DNA of 64,000 nt from Octopus sinensis (GCF_006345805.1 NC_043014.1:35154001-35218000), one strand, 5' to 3'. Positions 13,475-26,152 are shown, numbered from the stretch's first letter. Numbers and translations are program-made. Notes: a model not told the origin generated them from the sequence alone.

Positions 13475-14002
13475 TGTATGTATGTATGTACGTATGTATG
13501 TATGTATGTATGCATGCATGCATGTATGTATAAAAGATGCGTTTTGGGGTAGCGTTCAGATCCATTCCCTGCCCATTTTTAATCCTTTTGCTGTGAAAAG
13601 TAGATATACTAACTCAAAATTTCATTACTCTTAGTTGCGGAAAGCAGCTTTATATATCTGATTTTTTTTTCTATTTCCCACAAGTGGACAAGCAGCTTTA
13701 TATATCAATCTATCTTTTGTTGAGGAATGTCATATTTAAAACTATTTTCGTTTTATATATATATATCAAGTTTATTGTAGTAATATGACTTGCTGAAAGT
13801 GCCAGTTTATTTTTGGTTGCTGTTTAAAATCGTTACAAGAATAATCACCTTATATAATTTCCAGGTGTCAGACATGTGTTAGACATGTCCTTCTATTCAG
13901 AAAATAATACAAAATGCTATCATTCACTTTTAGAGCAGTCGTGCATTTTTACTGAATGGCCTTACTGTAAATGTGTAAGCGCAATAATATGTTCGTAGTT
14001 GA

Positions 14003-14574
14003 TAAGGCGGCGAGCTGGCAGAAACGTTAGCACGCTGGACGAAATGCTTTGCGGTATTTCGCCTGTCGCTACGTTCTGAGTTCAAATTCCGCTGAGGTCG
14101 ACTTTGCCTTTCATCCTTTCGGGGTCGATAAATTAAGTATCAGTTAAGCACTGGGGTCGATATAATCGACTTAATCCGTTTGTCTGTCCTTGTTTGTCTT
14201 CTCTGTGTTTAGCCCCTCGTGGGTAATAAAGAAATAGGTATTTCGTCTGTTTTTACGTTCTGAGTTCAAATTCCGCCGAGGTCAACTTTGCCTTTCATCC
14301 TTTCGGGGTCGATTAAATAAGTAGCAGTTAAGCACTGGGGTCGATATAATCGACTTAATCCGTTTGTCTGTCCTTGTTTGTCCTCTCTGTGGGTAGTAAA
14401 GAAATAGGCATTTCGTCTGTTTTTACGTTCTGAGTTCAAATTCCGCCGAGGTCGACTTTGCCTTTCATCCTTTCGGGATCGATAAATTAAGTACCAGTTG
14501 CGTACTGGGGTCGATGTAATCGTACTGGCCATCTTCCCCAAAACTTCGGGCCTTGTGCCTAGAGTAGAAAAGTC
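14003..14574 (+). mobile_element. Nin-domain-like SINE (family B), one head plus three bodies, 15-bp TSD
   Basis: Head GGCGGCGAGCTGGCAGAAACGTTAGC; Nin-like block GCCTTTCATCCTTTCGGGGTCGATAAATTAAGTACC repeated 3 times; TSD TATGTTCGTAGTTGA at 13988-14002 and 14575-14589. Confidence 0.9.
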
Positions 14575-14589
14575 TATGTTCGTAGTTGA

Positions 14590-16480
14590 CATCATATACT
14601 CGTTGTCACGTGATTCTGTAGTTCATACTAATGCATAAGTTTGAGCAAGGTTGCATGATTGGCTATAGTAATTCAATGTATTAATTACTGTGGGGTTTAA
14701 GTTATTTGTAGGAACAATTATTGCAGCGTTAGTGTAGTCTTGTATACTGTGGAATATATGTGTAATATTTACTTGTGGTTGTTTGAGTTGGCAAGCTTCG
14801 GGGGTGTCTTGAAGATAGTGGATGCGGAGTGAAAGGGAGAGTGAATTAGGTTGATCATTGTGGCAGATTTGGGGTATTGTATGTTGTTTCCGGCTGTTAC
14901 ATTGTTATGTTTTGATGTCAAGTATGAAATGAGCGGATGTGGACAATTTAAGAATGTGTACTATACAGTGTGGCCAATTTAGGAGTGTGGACTATTAACT
15001 AAATAATATTTGGGTTGGAACTGAGGAATGTGGCAGAATTGTTGGGGGTTTGGAAGTAGAGTGGGGGATGGGGAAACAGCTGGATCATCTAGTTTGAGAT
15101 TGCAGTTCGACTGGTAGAGGATTGTTTTTAAAATTTGAAAGGCTTTATGTGTTAGGAGAGAATGCCAAGGTCAATATTTTTTTAGCTCTTTCTTCTTTGA
15201 AGCAGAGATCACACCTGGTGACTTGTTTTAGCAACTGCGCTCCAGTTAAAGAGTGGATTCGCCACTCCGCGGTCCTTTAGACTCTATACAAATTTTTCTA
15301 TCTCTGAGTGAAACTATAGCGGCTGTCGTTGTTTGTTCAAGTGTGTGTTATTAAATGGAAAACAGTTAGTATGAATCACCATAAGACATTTTTGTGTATA
15401 AATATATTGTTTATTCTGTGTTCCCTTTTTGTGGTGGAAGCATGTAGTATGATACAAAAATGTGTGTTTACATACAAAGAAAGTTTTGATTTTTGCTTTT
15501 GCACTGAAAGAAGTAACATATAATATTTGTATTACAGTATGTATGCATGTGTGCAATGAGAACAGTCATTTTGAGAATGTGTGTGTGATAAAATATCTTC
15601 GTTTACGAACCATGTATCTCGTGTCGAGGTGAATAAACATGTGATTCGTACGTGAGAGATTGCGCTAGGAGGTGATGAGAAGACATACGTCTTTGACCGA
15701 AACCTGGCAGGAAATGGGGTCGTATCTACAGTGTAGAAACGAGGCTAGGGTCTCAGAACGAAGTTAGTGTATCAAAGCGAGGCTAGACACCTGCTGTGCA
15801 GGTCGACTCACATATTACTATGGAATATGTAGCTCTGTTACAAAGACATATGTTGCGTGAATCCTTCCTTAAAATCTATATTGAGTCCATTATGGGATTT
15901 TATTGCATCATCTGCATCAGGGATGTCGGCTCTGCATATTAGTTACTTCTCAAACCATTTTTTAATTCAAAGCACAGTGATTGAAGGATCTGAAGCTGCA
16001 TGAATGTTTTGAAAGCGGTGTTTACTGAAGTTAATATTCTTGGTTGTGACTGAAGGTTTGTGAACCTGTGTTAAGAAAACAGCTGTAACTTACTACAGTA
16101 GTGTTTCTTCTGAATATTTTGTGATATCTATGTGTTCGTGAAAAGAGTGCCGGAATATATGAGAAAATTCCTGCAATGTTTGTAGCTGTGTTCAAACTTT
16201 ATGGTGGATTGAACCACAAGATCTTTTTACCTCAACATCTAGCTCTAGTTAGGGTGGACTCATTCTAGTGATAGATTCGTTGAAATTGGACCTCGCTTGT
16301 GCATTGTTTAGTGCGGGTGGCTTAATTAATGGAAGGTGCCTTCATCTCATGACAAACTGGAAATGTGTCTATGTTTCTTGTGATCTTTTTGATAATTGAT
16401 TGTGGGTTGTCTGAGCCTTTTCCTTTTTATATATAGGTAGTTTCTTTATTTGGTTTATGGAGGAGACCCGGCATGGTAAT
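14590..16480 (-). mobile_element. Penelope-like retroelement remnant (N-terminal and RT-proximal region)
   Basis: G+T-skewed + strand; fragmented minus-strand peptides resemble the Penelope ORF N-terminal region; many stops. Confidence 0.55.
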
Positions 16481-16868
16481 ATCTAAGTAATTTACTGTTT
16501 TAAAATTAATGTTGACAGATAGATTTATTTATATAAATATTTTTTCCTAACGGTATCTATAACGTTCCCATTTTTGTTTATGTATCATCTTGCTCAATCG
16601 TCCAAGAAGAATTAATTCTTAACACCTAATTATCTATCAATTGTAACCGCTTACTGACCGCATTATACAGATATTTTATGGTAATATCAAACATACACTG
16701 ATCGAGTGGAAAACAAGAGTGGCCATATACTGCATGCACATAATACAAACAGCAATAAGAGAAATATGCGTACAAATGCATGGAGTATAGATATTCCGGT
16801 ATTATAATATAAAGGTACTTAATTTTTGTAGCAAATACAAACCCTAAGACAAACAGTAGTTCAGTTTT

Positions 16869-16928
<60 letters not shown>

Positions 16929-17043
16929 TTAAATAATAAGGGCGAAAATTGAATATTAATTTGATTAATATCAATTTAAAACCAGTGGCCTAGCACATTG
17001 AAAAATTTGAAGATTCAGAAAAATTATATTATATATATATATA

Positions 17044-17829
17044 AGAGGGATGACCACTAAATAGACATCCATTATGCTAGAAGTAGACTCCATATGCTCT
17101 GACTACTAAGAAAAGATTATTCTCAAGAAAATTCAGCAAACGCCAGAACATAAGTGAGCAAGACAGATGAAAACATACAAAGTATAAAGATAAATCACAA
17201 ACCCGTTTTCATTGTTACCACTTACGTAATACTTACGTAAATGTTCACAATTCGTCAGTGTGATCGTCATAGCAAAATATAATTTGAAGAACTATACACG
17301 GGACGACCGTATGATAACCGGTTAGAGAACATTTTTCAATATGTTAGGCCACTGGTTTTAAATTGATATTAATCAAATTAACATTCAATTTTTTCACCCT
17401 TATAATTTAAATTTGAATAACCATGTTCTCTAACCGGCAAAATTCACTGCAGAGAATTATTTTCTGCAGAATTATTTCCGGTATTTTGGCGCGCCAAAAC
17501 GAAGACTTTTGAAATAAAAGCCCAAATGTAATTGGTAGAACTATATGCATGTTCAATCTCATGTGGACATTCTGTGTATAGTTCTGCAAATTATGTTTTG
17601 CTATGACGATCACACTGATGAATTGGGGACATTTACGTAAGTATTACGTATGTGGTAACAATGAAACCGGTTTTGTGATTAATATTTATATTTTGTATCT
17701 TTTCATTTGTCTTGCTCGCTTACGTTCTGGCGTTTGCTGAATTTTCTTGCGAATAATCTTTTCTTAGTGGTCAGACTATATGGGGTCTACTTCTAGCATA
17801 ATGGATGTCTACTTAGTGGTCATCTCTCT
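17044..17829. mobile_element. Fold-back/MITE element with ~255-bp imperfect inverted arms in (TA)n context
   Basis: 17044-17300 is the reverse complement of 17575-17829, with scattered mismatches. Confidence 0.85.
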
Positions 17830-18332
17830 TATATATATATATATATATAGTCTCACAATGTCCGAAATGTCATAATACACTTTCGCAGGTTTAAAATTGC
17901 AAAGCCGCCATCCATTATCCAAACTCTGTTTCAATAACTATAAATACACACGAAACCTGATGTATGTGTGGGGAATGGTACCTTCTCAATCGACCCGAAA
18001 GGCTGAAAGACGAAGTTTAGGTGATTTGAGCTCTTAATACAGAGTACAAGAACAAATACTGCAGGGGATTGTAAACAACGTTTTGACGATCTTGCCAATT
18101 CATTTATCTGTTTAGATAACTTACTCTACAATGTATGACATTTTTTGTTTCTCTTTTGTTATCTGACTCTATAGTTTATGAGCCTGTCTATTATCTAATT
18201 CTATTAAGTATAACTATATCTGCTTGTCCGTTGTTAACTAATTCTACAGTGTATTACTTCGTCTTTCTGTTGTTAACTAAACCATATATTTGCGCACCTT
18301 AGATCTCCTGGCTATGTCTCTCTTTCTTCCAG

Positions 18333-18453
18333 AAATCATTGGCGCCTGCATTTTGGTGTTCATTCTCTCAGGTTTCTACGAGGGATTCAAAGTGCTCAGA
18401 GAAATGCACATGGATCACACTGCAAAGAAGAACAAAGAGGAGGGCAACACAGT
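18333..18453 (+). CDS. SLC31A1: CTR1-like copper transporter, TM1 exon (phase 1 to 2)
   Basis: ttcttccAG|AA ATC ATT GGC..ACA GT|GTAAGC; (E)IIGACILVFILSGFYEGFKVLREMHMDHTAKKNKEEGNT(V) matches CTR EMAGAF..YEGLK..RE, with intron phases as in vertebrate SLC31A1. Not in the ORF track. Confidence 0.9.
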
Positions 18454-18600
18454 GTAAGCAGTCTCATTTTCTTCTGTTAAAATATCTGATGTATCCTCTT
18501 GATGGTCTATTTAGCTTCTCGTTTACTTTCTTCTTTCTTTCCCTTTGACATGATGTGTTGGACACCACAAATAAAGATACAGTGCACAAATATGTTCAAC

Positions 18601-18672
<72 letters not shown>

Positions 18673-18743
18673 TACATATACATATATATATATATGTATA
18701 TGTATATATATATGTATATATATGTACATATATATATATATAT

Positions 18744-18842
<99 letters not shown>

Positions 18843-18898
18843 GTATGCAGTTGAACATATTTGTGCACTGTATTTTTATTTGTAGTGTCCAACATATC

Positions 18899-18972
<74 letters not shown>

Positions 18973-19397
18973 ATGTGTGTGTGTGTGTGTGTTGTGTGTG
19001 TGTGTATGTACTGCTCTTTTTTGTGTATGTCTAAGTAGCCCGAATGTTGGAAACAAGGTAGGACAATTGCTGTGTGCTAATAACTCCTGTTAAAGCAGAA
19101 ACATGCATACATAGCTGTACTCTACTCTCCAGAAAATCCGAAAATTTTTAGTCAAATGAACCGACCCCAGTACTTATTTTTTAAAGTTTCGTACTTATTC
19201 TATCGGTCGCTTTTGCGATCAGTTAAGTTTCGGAGACGTAAACGTACCAACACCGGCTGGCAACGATTCTGGGGGACAAACACAGACACAAAGACAAACA
19301 CGCATGTAAATATACATGTATACAAGCTTCTTTCAGTTTCGGCCTTCCAAATCCACTTACAAGGCTTTGGTAGGCCCGAGGCCATAGTGTAATTATA

Positions 19398-19487
<90 letters not shown>

Positions 19488-19505
19488 ATATAATATATAT
19501 ATATA

Positions 19506-19536
<31 letters not shown>

Positions 19537-19562
19537 GGTGGCTGTCTACTCCTTATGCAGAG

Positions 19563-20940
19563 TTTGACCAACACCTGAACCTACACCTTAGCACCATCAT
19601 GGTATCTGATGTGGCTTTTTAAACCAGACAATATTCTGAGAAGATACCCACATAGATTGCACCTTCCATTTGGACCACCAGGAACTGCAGATAAGTTCTG
19701 CTCTTTGTGGATCTTAAAATGTCTCTTGAGGCCTCCGTTGGATTTGCAAACCTTCTGGCATACACTGCATTCAAAGATGTGCACAGACATATAGGCAGAA
19801 TAGTTGGTGGAATTTTGCTTTCCGTGCGTTCGCAAATGAGATTTGAGGCCAACAAAAGATAGGTTTGGTCTATCACAGACTGTGCACACGAAAAGATCAT
19901 TGTCATTCACCTTCTCGATCGTTACATTCTTCCTTAGATCTCTTTTGAGTCTTACTTGTGTTATGCTGGCCGCTTCAAATGCTTTCATTCCACTCCACAC
20001 CTTTGTTCGCCCATCCAACTCGATCCGAAGCAAAGGTTTCTATATGTTCTGGAACCATTCCCAGTGACGACTTATGCCGTCCTTAAACCTTTTTTTTTTA
20101 GGTTTACGCCGATAGCGTTTCCCCTCTGCAAGCTCACCGTAAAACAGCATTTTCGGCATGCGTCCATCTACCATTCAAACAATATGGCCACACAATCTCA
20201 ATTGGTTTCTCAAAATCTTAGCTTTAATTGAGGTGATGCCTGCGAATGCAAGGACATCTGTGCTTGGAGTAAAAGAACTCCATTTAATTTTTAAAAAGCG
20301 ATAAGGGCATTTTTGGTGGAATTGCTCTAACAATTTAAAATGCCTTTCACAAGTCCAAGTTTCACAGGAATACAACAGCGATGATATGACAAATAATTTG
20401 TAAAGAGCCAGCTTTGTATTCTTATTTATATGTCGCTGGCACCAAACACGTGATTCCAAGCCACCAAATGCTTTTGCTCCCTTTGAATTCGCAGCTGTAT
20501 TTCTGTATCAAGATTTCCATAATTTTGAACAGAGCTTCCAAGATAGACGAAAGAATCGACAACCTCAAGTAACTTTTCCTTAACAAAAAGTTTAGTGGGG
20601 TTACAAACAGCACCACACGCAGGTTGATGCATTACAACTGTTTTTTTTTTCAAGTTGATGGTCAAGCCCAAATCATCGTCAGCGTACAAAAGTTCCCTAA
20701 TGAGTGAAGTAAAAACCTTTGTTTTGAATTTCAGTCTGGCCAGATTAAAAACATTCTCTGTTGTTCGATATTTTATGGAAATACCCTCCTCAGAGTTTTG
20801 AAAAGCATGTGACAAAACAACAGCAAAATATATTGCAAAGAGGATGGGTGCATCAAAGTCTCCTTGCTTTACTCCATTTTCCACAGCAAAAGATTCAGAG
20901 AGCCTACCACCAAAGTTAACTCTAGCTTTCTTATCTTAAC
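19563..20940 (-). mobile_element. RTE (BovB-like) LINE, 5'-truncated, with three C-terminal C2H2 zinc fingers
   Basis: GVKQGD..APILFAIYF..IRELLYADD; W..RHI...TKL.LY; QLRLCGH; then CTVC..HLRTH, CSVC..HFKIH, CNLC..HIRYH in ORF 19581..20033. Confidence 0.9.
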
Positions 20941-20996
20941 GTAAAGCCCTGATCATGTTTACAAATATATATATAGATAGATAGATGTGTGTGTGT

Positions 20997-21071
<75 letters not shown>

Positions 21072-21131
21072 GTATATATTCTATATGTATATATCTATAT
21101 AGATCTATATGTATATATATATATATATATA

Positions 21132-21174
<43 letters not shown>

Positions 21175-21212
21175 ATATACATGTATATATATATATGTAT
21201 GTATGTATATAT

Positions 21213-21289
<77 letters not shown>

Positions 21290-21384
21290 CTATATATATA
21301 TATATAGTATATATATATATTATATATATATATATATATATAATATATATATATACATACATTATATATATATACATATATATA

Positions 21385-21424
<40 letters not shown>

Positions 21425-21876
21425 TTACATATACATGTATATATACATATAGGTATATATATACATATATATATAAACATACATACATGTATAATTCTAT
21501 TTCATATGTTACGTTCGTCCGGTAGTTGAAAGGCACTTCTGTGGTTTACTTATTTGTTTTCGTATATGTACGTTCGTTTGCCTTTCCCAGAAGCTTAATG
21601 CTTTTAGCTTAAGTTCCTGGCCCAGCCGGCTTCGAGTCGTATCGGAGATAAGTGCGCGAAACTACGAAGACATCCCGGACTCCAGCCGAAGAGGCCGAAT
21701 GATCTGTGTATTTTCTTTCGTCCTATTTGCCATTGTCGTTCTATCGTCTTTTTTTCTGCATGTTGTTTTGAAGGTTTCCGTTTATTGTGTTCTTTCTGTC
21801 CTACATTTTATATAAATATATATATATTTTGGAAATCAAGCTGAAGAGAAGTGTTTCTCTTGTACGGAATAATGCC

Positions 21877-22145
21877 TAAAGATTTTTTACATCCCACTGG
21901 CAGTGCGGGTTTTTTTCGTGTGTGTTATTGATACTAAGAGGGCTCCAGGCTTACGACAGCTGAAGAAGTGTGATGATCATTACATCGTTGAGAAACTTAA
22001 AGTCCTGCATGTGAATCTCTATAACTCTCTATCATTCAATACATATAACCCTCTATTTCCAAACGATGTTGAGTGAGGCTCATCTCTTTTGTCATCATGC
22101 GTGGTTTGTCAATACGTACATATATACATACATGCTTTTACACAC
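21877..22145 (+). repeat. Copy 1 of a ~270-bp dispersed duplication (copy 2 at 23216-23480), probably a Penelope-like terminal repeat
   Basis: Direct comparison shows few substitutions between the two copies. Confidence 0.85.
21957..22007 (+). ncRNA. Type I hammerhead-like motif
   Basis: CAG-CTGAAGA-A-[GTGTGAT(GATC)ATTACAT..]-GAAA-CTT-A-AAG-TC-CTG: intact core, GUC triplet, 3-bp stem I, but extra CGTTGA before GAAA. Confidence 0.4.
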
Positions 22146-22337
22146 ACACAAACGCACACATATGTATATGCGTATATATATATGACTGTGTGTGCGTGTA
22201 TATATATATATATATAAATATACACACATACATACATATACATACATACATACATACATACATACATACATACATACATACATACATACATACTACATAC
22301 ATACATACATACATATATACATACATAATACACACAT

Positions 22338-22411
<74 letters not shown>

Positions 22412-22540
22412 GAGTGAATGGACAGATAAAAGAATGTGGCACTCCTTTTTGGTAAGAGTTACATATACTCTTTATAACGGTTTCACTCAACACCACATCC
22501 CTTTTTGAAGTTTCGTGGGCTCGTAGGCCACGTCCATCTC

Positions 22541-22581
<41 letters not shown>

Positions 22582-23002
22582 CATACATACACACACATAC
22601 ATGTCTCTATGGAAGTTCTATATATATATAACTGTTATATATACAACTGTTGGGTGTGCTAACCCGCTTTGGACTCAAACGGAACCCGTCGAAGGGAGAT
22701 AACTCCATCTCGTCTAGAAGAGACATAGTTCTGTAGAATTTCGTTTTGAGGTTTTTTCTTTTCTTTTCGCGGCCTTGGCTTACCAGGACTGTATTCCTGC
22801 CTCCAGTTGTAAGAGAAGTTTTTTACCTCTAGCCAACGAGTCTAACGAGTCACCTATATCACTACAAACTTTATAGGTTGGAAACCAATGGTAACTCCCT
22901 GACCGGCCATAACCAACAACTATATTAATTAATGCTGCTCTGAAGTTTTTTGAGAGTGTGTTTCTTTTTGGATTCATGAACTACTGGCCTATTTTATGTA
23001 CA

Positions 23003-23058
<56 letters not shown>

Positions 23059-23215
23059 GACAGATTTACATAAGATAAATCTACGTTGAAAGGCGTAGAA
23101 TAGATACAGACAGATATTAGTACTGAAACTGGATCAAATTCCTAAAATTCAGTGTCAAACGATGGGAGACAGAATCCAAGCAAACAAGAGTTAGCTACCG
23201 GAAATGTAGTGGTGA

Positions 23216-23480
23216 AAGATTTTTTCATCCCACTGGTAGTGCAGGATTTTTTCGTGTGTGTTATTGATACTAAGAGGGCTCCAGGCTTACGACAGCTGAA
23301 AAAGTGTGATGATCATTATATCGTTGGGAAACTTAAAGTCCTGCATGTGAATCTCTATAACTCTCTATCATTCAATACATATAACAATCTATTTCCAAAC
23401 GATATTGAGTGAGGCTCATCTCTTTTGTCATCATGCGTGGTTTGTCAATACGTACATATATACATACATGCTTTTACACA
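23216..23480 (+). repeat. Copy 2 of the ~270-bp duplication
   Basis: Matches 21877-22145; here the hammerhead-like core reads CTGAAAA. Confidence 0.85.
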
Positions 23481-23544
23481 GACAGACAAACAGACAGACA
23501 GACACACAGACACACACAGACACACATACACACACCTACGCGCG

Positions 23545-23603
<59 letters not shown>

Positions 23604-24104
23604 ATGGCAATACAATGAAATTAAAGATGGACGGGCAGTTTTTAATGGCATCAAAGCATTTATACATTAGTTATACAGAAGTGAGTAAAAGTGTAGTGTA
23701 TAGTTAAATAGAAAGACAGGAAAATATAATATGCAGAAACTGGGAGTACATATTAATTCTTTCTAGATAGGTGTCCCGGAAAGTTATATTACTGATAGAA
23801 ATTAGGAGAACTCAGGTAACTTTTCATAGTATTAGTTCATCTATCGAGCAATCTGGTCGCACGACTTGCTCGGACCAATGCAAGCTATTCCATGCCAGAC
23901 ATCCCGATTGAGCAACGAGGCATGAATATCTGTTCTGAGTTTAGGCACATTGGTCTTTCTCTAGCTGAAATGCATCATCTGCGCACACTACAACTACAGA
24001 TGATAGCAGTATTTCGCGAACTGAGCTGGTTGACCCTGGCCATTAACAGTTTGTTGACTGTTCATCTGCTCAGCATCTAGTGATATTCGCCATTGACTTA
24101 ATAT

Positions 24105-24327
24105 AAGGCGGCGAGCTGGCAGAAACGTTAGCACACCGGGCGAAATGCGTAGCCGTATTTCGTCTACTGTTACGTTCTGGATTCAATTTCCGCCGAGGTC
24201 GACTTTGCCTTTCATCCTTTCGGGGTCGATAAATTAAGTATCAATTACGCACTGGGGTCGATGTAATCGACTTAATCCGTTTGTTTGTCCTCTCTGTGTT
24301 TAGCCCCTTGTGGGTAGTAAAGAAATA
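24105..24327 (+). mobile_element. Family B (Nin-like) SINE, single unit with TSD
   Basis: Flanked by GATATTCGCC(A/G)TTGACTTAA on both sides. Confidence 0.9.
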
Positions 24328-24784
24328 GATATTCGCCGTTGACTTAACATGTTAATTTGCCCAAATAGTTCACATTCACCATGCTATATACCACGATTTC
24401 AACTTATATTGGATCAAGCGATTACATACTATTTAATCCATAGTTGGGACCTTGACAAGTGCTTCTACTTTGGGTCAGAGTAGACTTCAGAACTATATTG
24501 GCTAAGAGTTGGTTCCACACTGTTCAAAACCCTGGTACTCCCAAACCAGGGTCCAGCAACCTGATGCAGTTTTTTTTTCTAAATAGGCAGAGTATAAGAA
24601 GTTATTTGACCCTGCAACACATCTTCCTAGTTTTTTTACACTCTGCTGGTTCACTTTTTTGAAAGATTGACAGTTATGTTGCTATTAGAATTTTCCCTAT
24701 CGTTATCTCTGTTATAATTTTTCTGCTCTGTTTTTACTTCTGATTCTATATTTCTCTTCAACCAGTCCCTCCCTCACTTATACT

Positions 24785-25290
24785 ATTTTGATCTAGTAAA
24801 ACTGGTCGTGTTGGTGAGTACAAGTCTGAAGTTGACGGTGGTAATGGCGACGATGGTAGAGAGTACAATGATGGTGACGACGGCGGCGGAGATAGAGGAC
24901 GTTATGTTGCGGGTTACATTAGCGTCGTCGTAGCTGAAGCAGGAGCATGGCTGGTCGTCTGTCGCTGGAACATGTTGAGTAGCTCTGTGGTCAGTGACTA
25001 AACCTCAAAAGGTCTGAAGTCGAAAGACGAAGAATAGTGAAAATGCAAGCCTATTTAAAGCCTGTGGTGGGCTCAAAGAGGGGCATCAAGAAGCAGGCCT
25101 CATCCGAAGGCCGTGATTGTTTGGTTTCACACTCTGGCGCGAAATAGGAAGTAGAGACAAATCGCGCCACATGTCAACCAATCAGATCAGTGGATACAAC
25201 AGAAACAACCGAGCCAAAGATGGCTGTAATCTCAAACGAGTTCATTCCTGCTGTGTCTCTCAAACAGTGAGGATATCAGATACCGCTACA
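24785..25290 (-). mobile_element. Truncated LTR related to 27968-28969
   Basis: Reverse complement starts TGTAGC and shares blocks (ACAGCCATC, CTGATTGGTT, TATTTCGCGCCA, CTGACCACAGAG) with the solo LTR. Confidence 0.65.
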
Positions 25291-25544
25291 CGCTGTATTA
25301 TTCTCTCCCTCTCTTTCATGATAAGGCTGTGTATTTATATATACTGAATACTTTTGACAACTAAAATTCTATTTCCTTCTGCCAATAGGGTGCGTGATAG
25401 TATAATTTACATTTGTCTCATTTCATATACTTTCGTCAACATTAATTTGTTTCATCTATATGTACGTCCAAAGCATACTACTACACTAACTGATTACAGA
25501 ATCCAAGAAAAAACAACAACAAACAAAAATGCATGGCTGTATAG

Positions 25545-25685
25545 TAAGAAGTTTGCTTCCTAACCACATGATTTCTGGATCAGTCCCACTGCGAAGCACC
25601 TTGGGCAATTGTCTTCTACTATAGCTCCGGGCCGGCCAAAGCTTTGTGAGTGGATTTTGGTAGATAGAAACTGAAGGAAGCCTGT

Positions 25686-25730
<45 letters not shown>

Positions 25731-26050
25731 CACACATATATATATACATATATATATATATACATATATATATATAAACACGTATGTATGTATGTATGTA
25801 TGTATGTATGTATGTATGTATGTATGTATGTATGTATGTATGTATGTGTGGGTGTTTATTTGTCCTCCATAATTGATTGTCAACTGGTGTTGGTTTGTTT
25901 ACATTCCTGCAACAAAGCAGTTGGCAAAAGAGACCGATAGAATAAGTACCAGACATAGAAAAAAATGTACTGGGGTCGATCTGTTCAACAAAAACCCTCC
26001 AATGCGGTGTCTCAGCATGATTGCAGTCTAATGATCAAAGCAAATAAAAG
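25545..26050 (+). mobile_element. Family A SINE
   Basis: Head, CORE-like block, internal microsatellite and 3' half all present. Confidence 0.8.
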
Positions 26051-26152
26051 ATTTTTAAAATCATGTATCCATCTTCCCTAAAGTATGTTCCTCAACTAAA
26101 TTTGTTTGAAGTCATTTATTTACTACTCTGTTTGTATCTGATTCTTTCGCAG

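Noticed and set aside
15672-15715. GTGATGA..GAAA hammerhead-like string
   Set aside because: Core begins with G, there is no U-H cleavage site after stem III, and it lies antisense within Penelope coding sequence.
16671-16790. IFYGNIKHTLIEWKTRV as a CTR N-terminal exon
   Set aside because: Weak similarity and no phase-1 donor at a suitable position.
22780-22977. ORF containing VVGYGRSGS (sulfotransferase PAPS-motif-like)
   Set aside because: The residues after RSGS do not fit, and no in-phase partner exons were found.
23830-24080. Unique-looking segment with a 62-aa ORF inside the CTR intron
   Set aside because: No recognisable domain or usable splice sites, and the minus frames contain stops.
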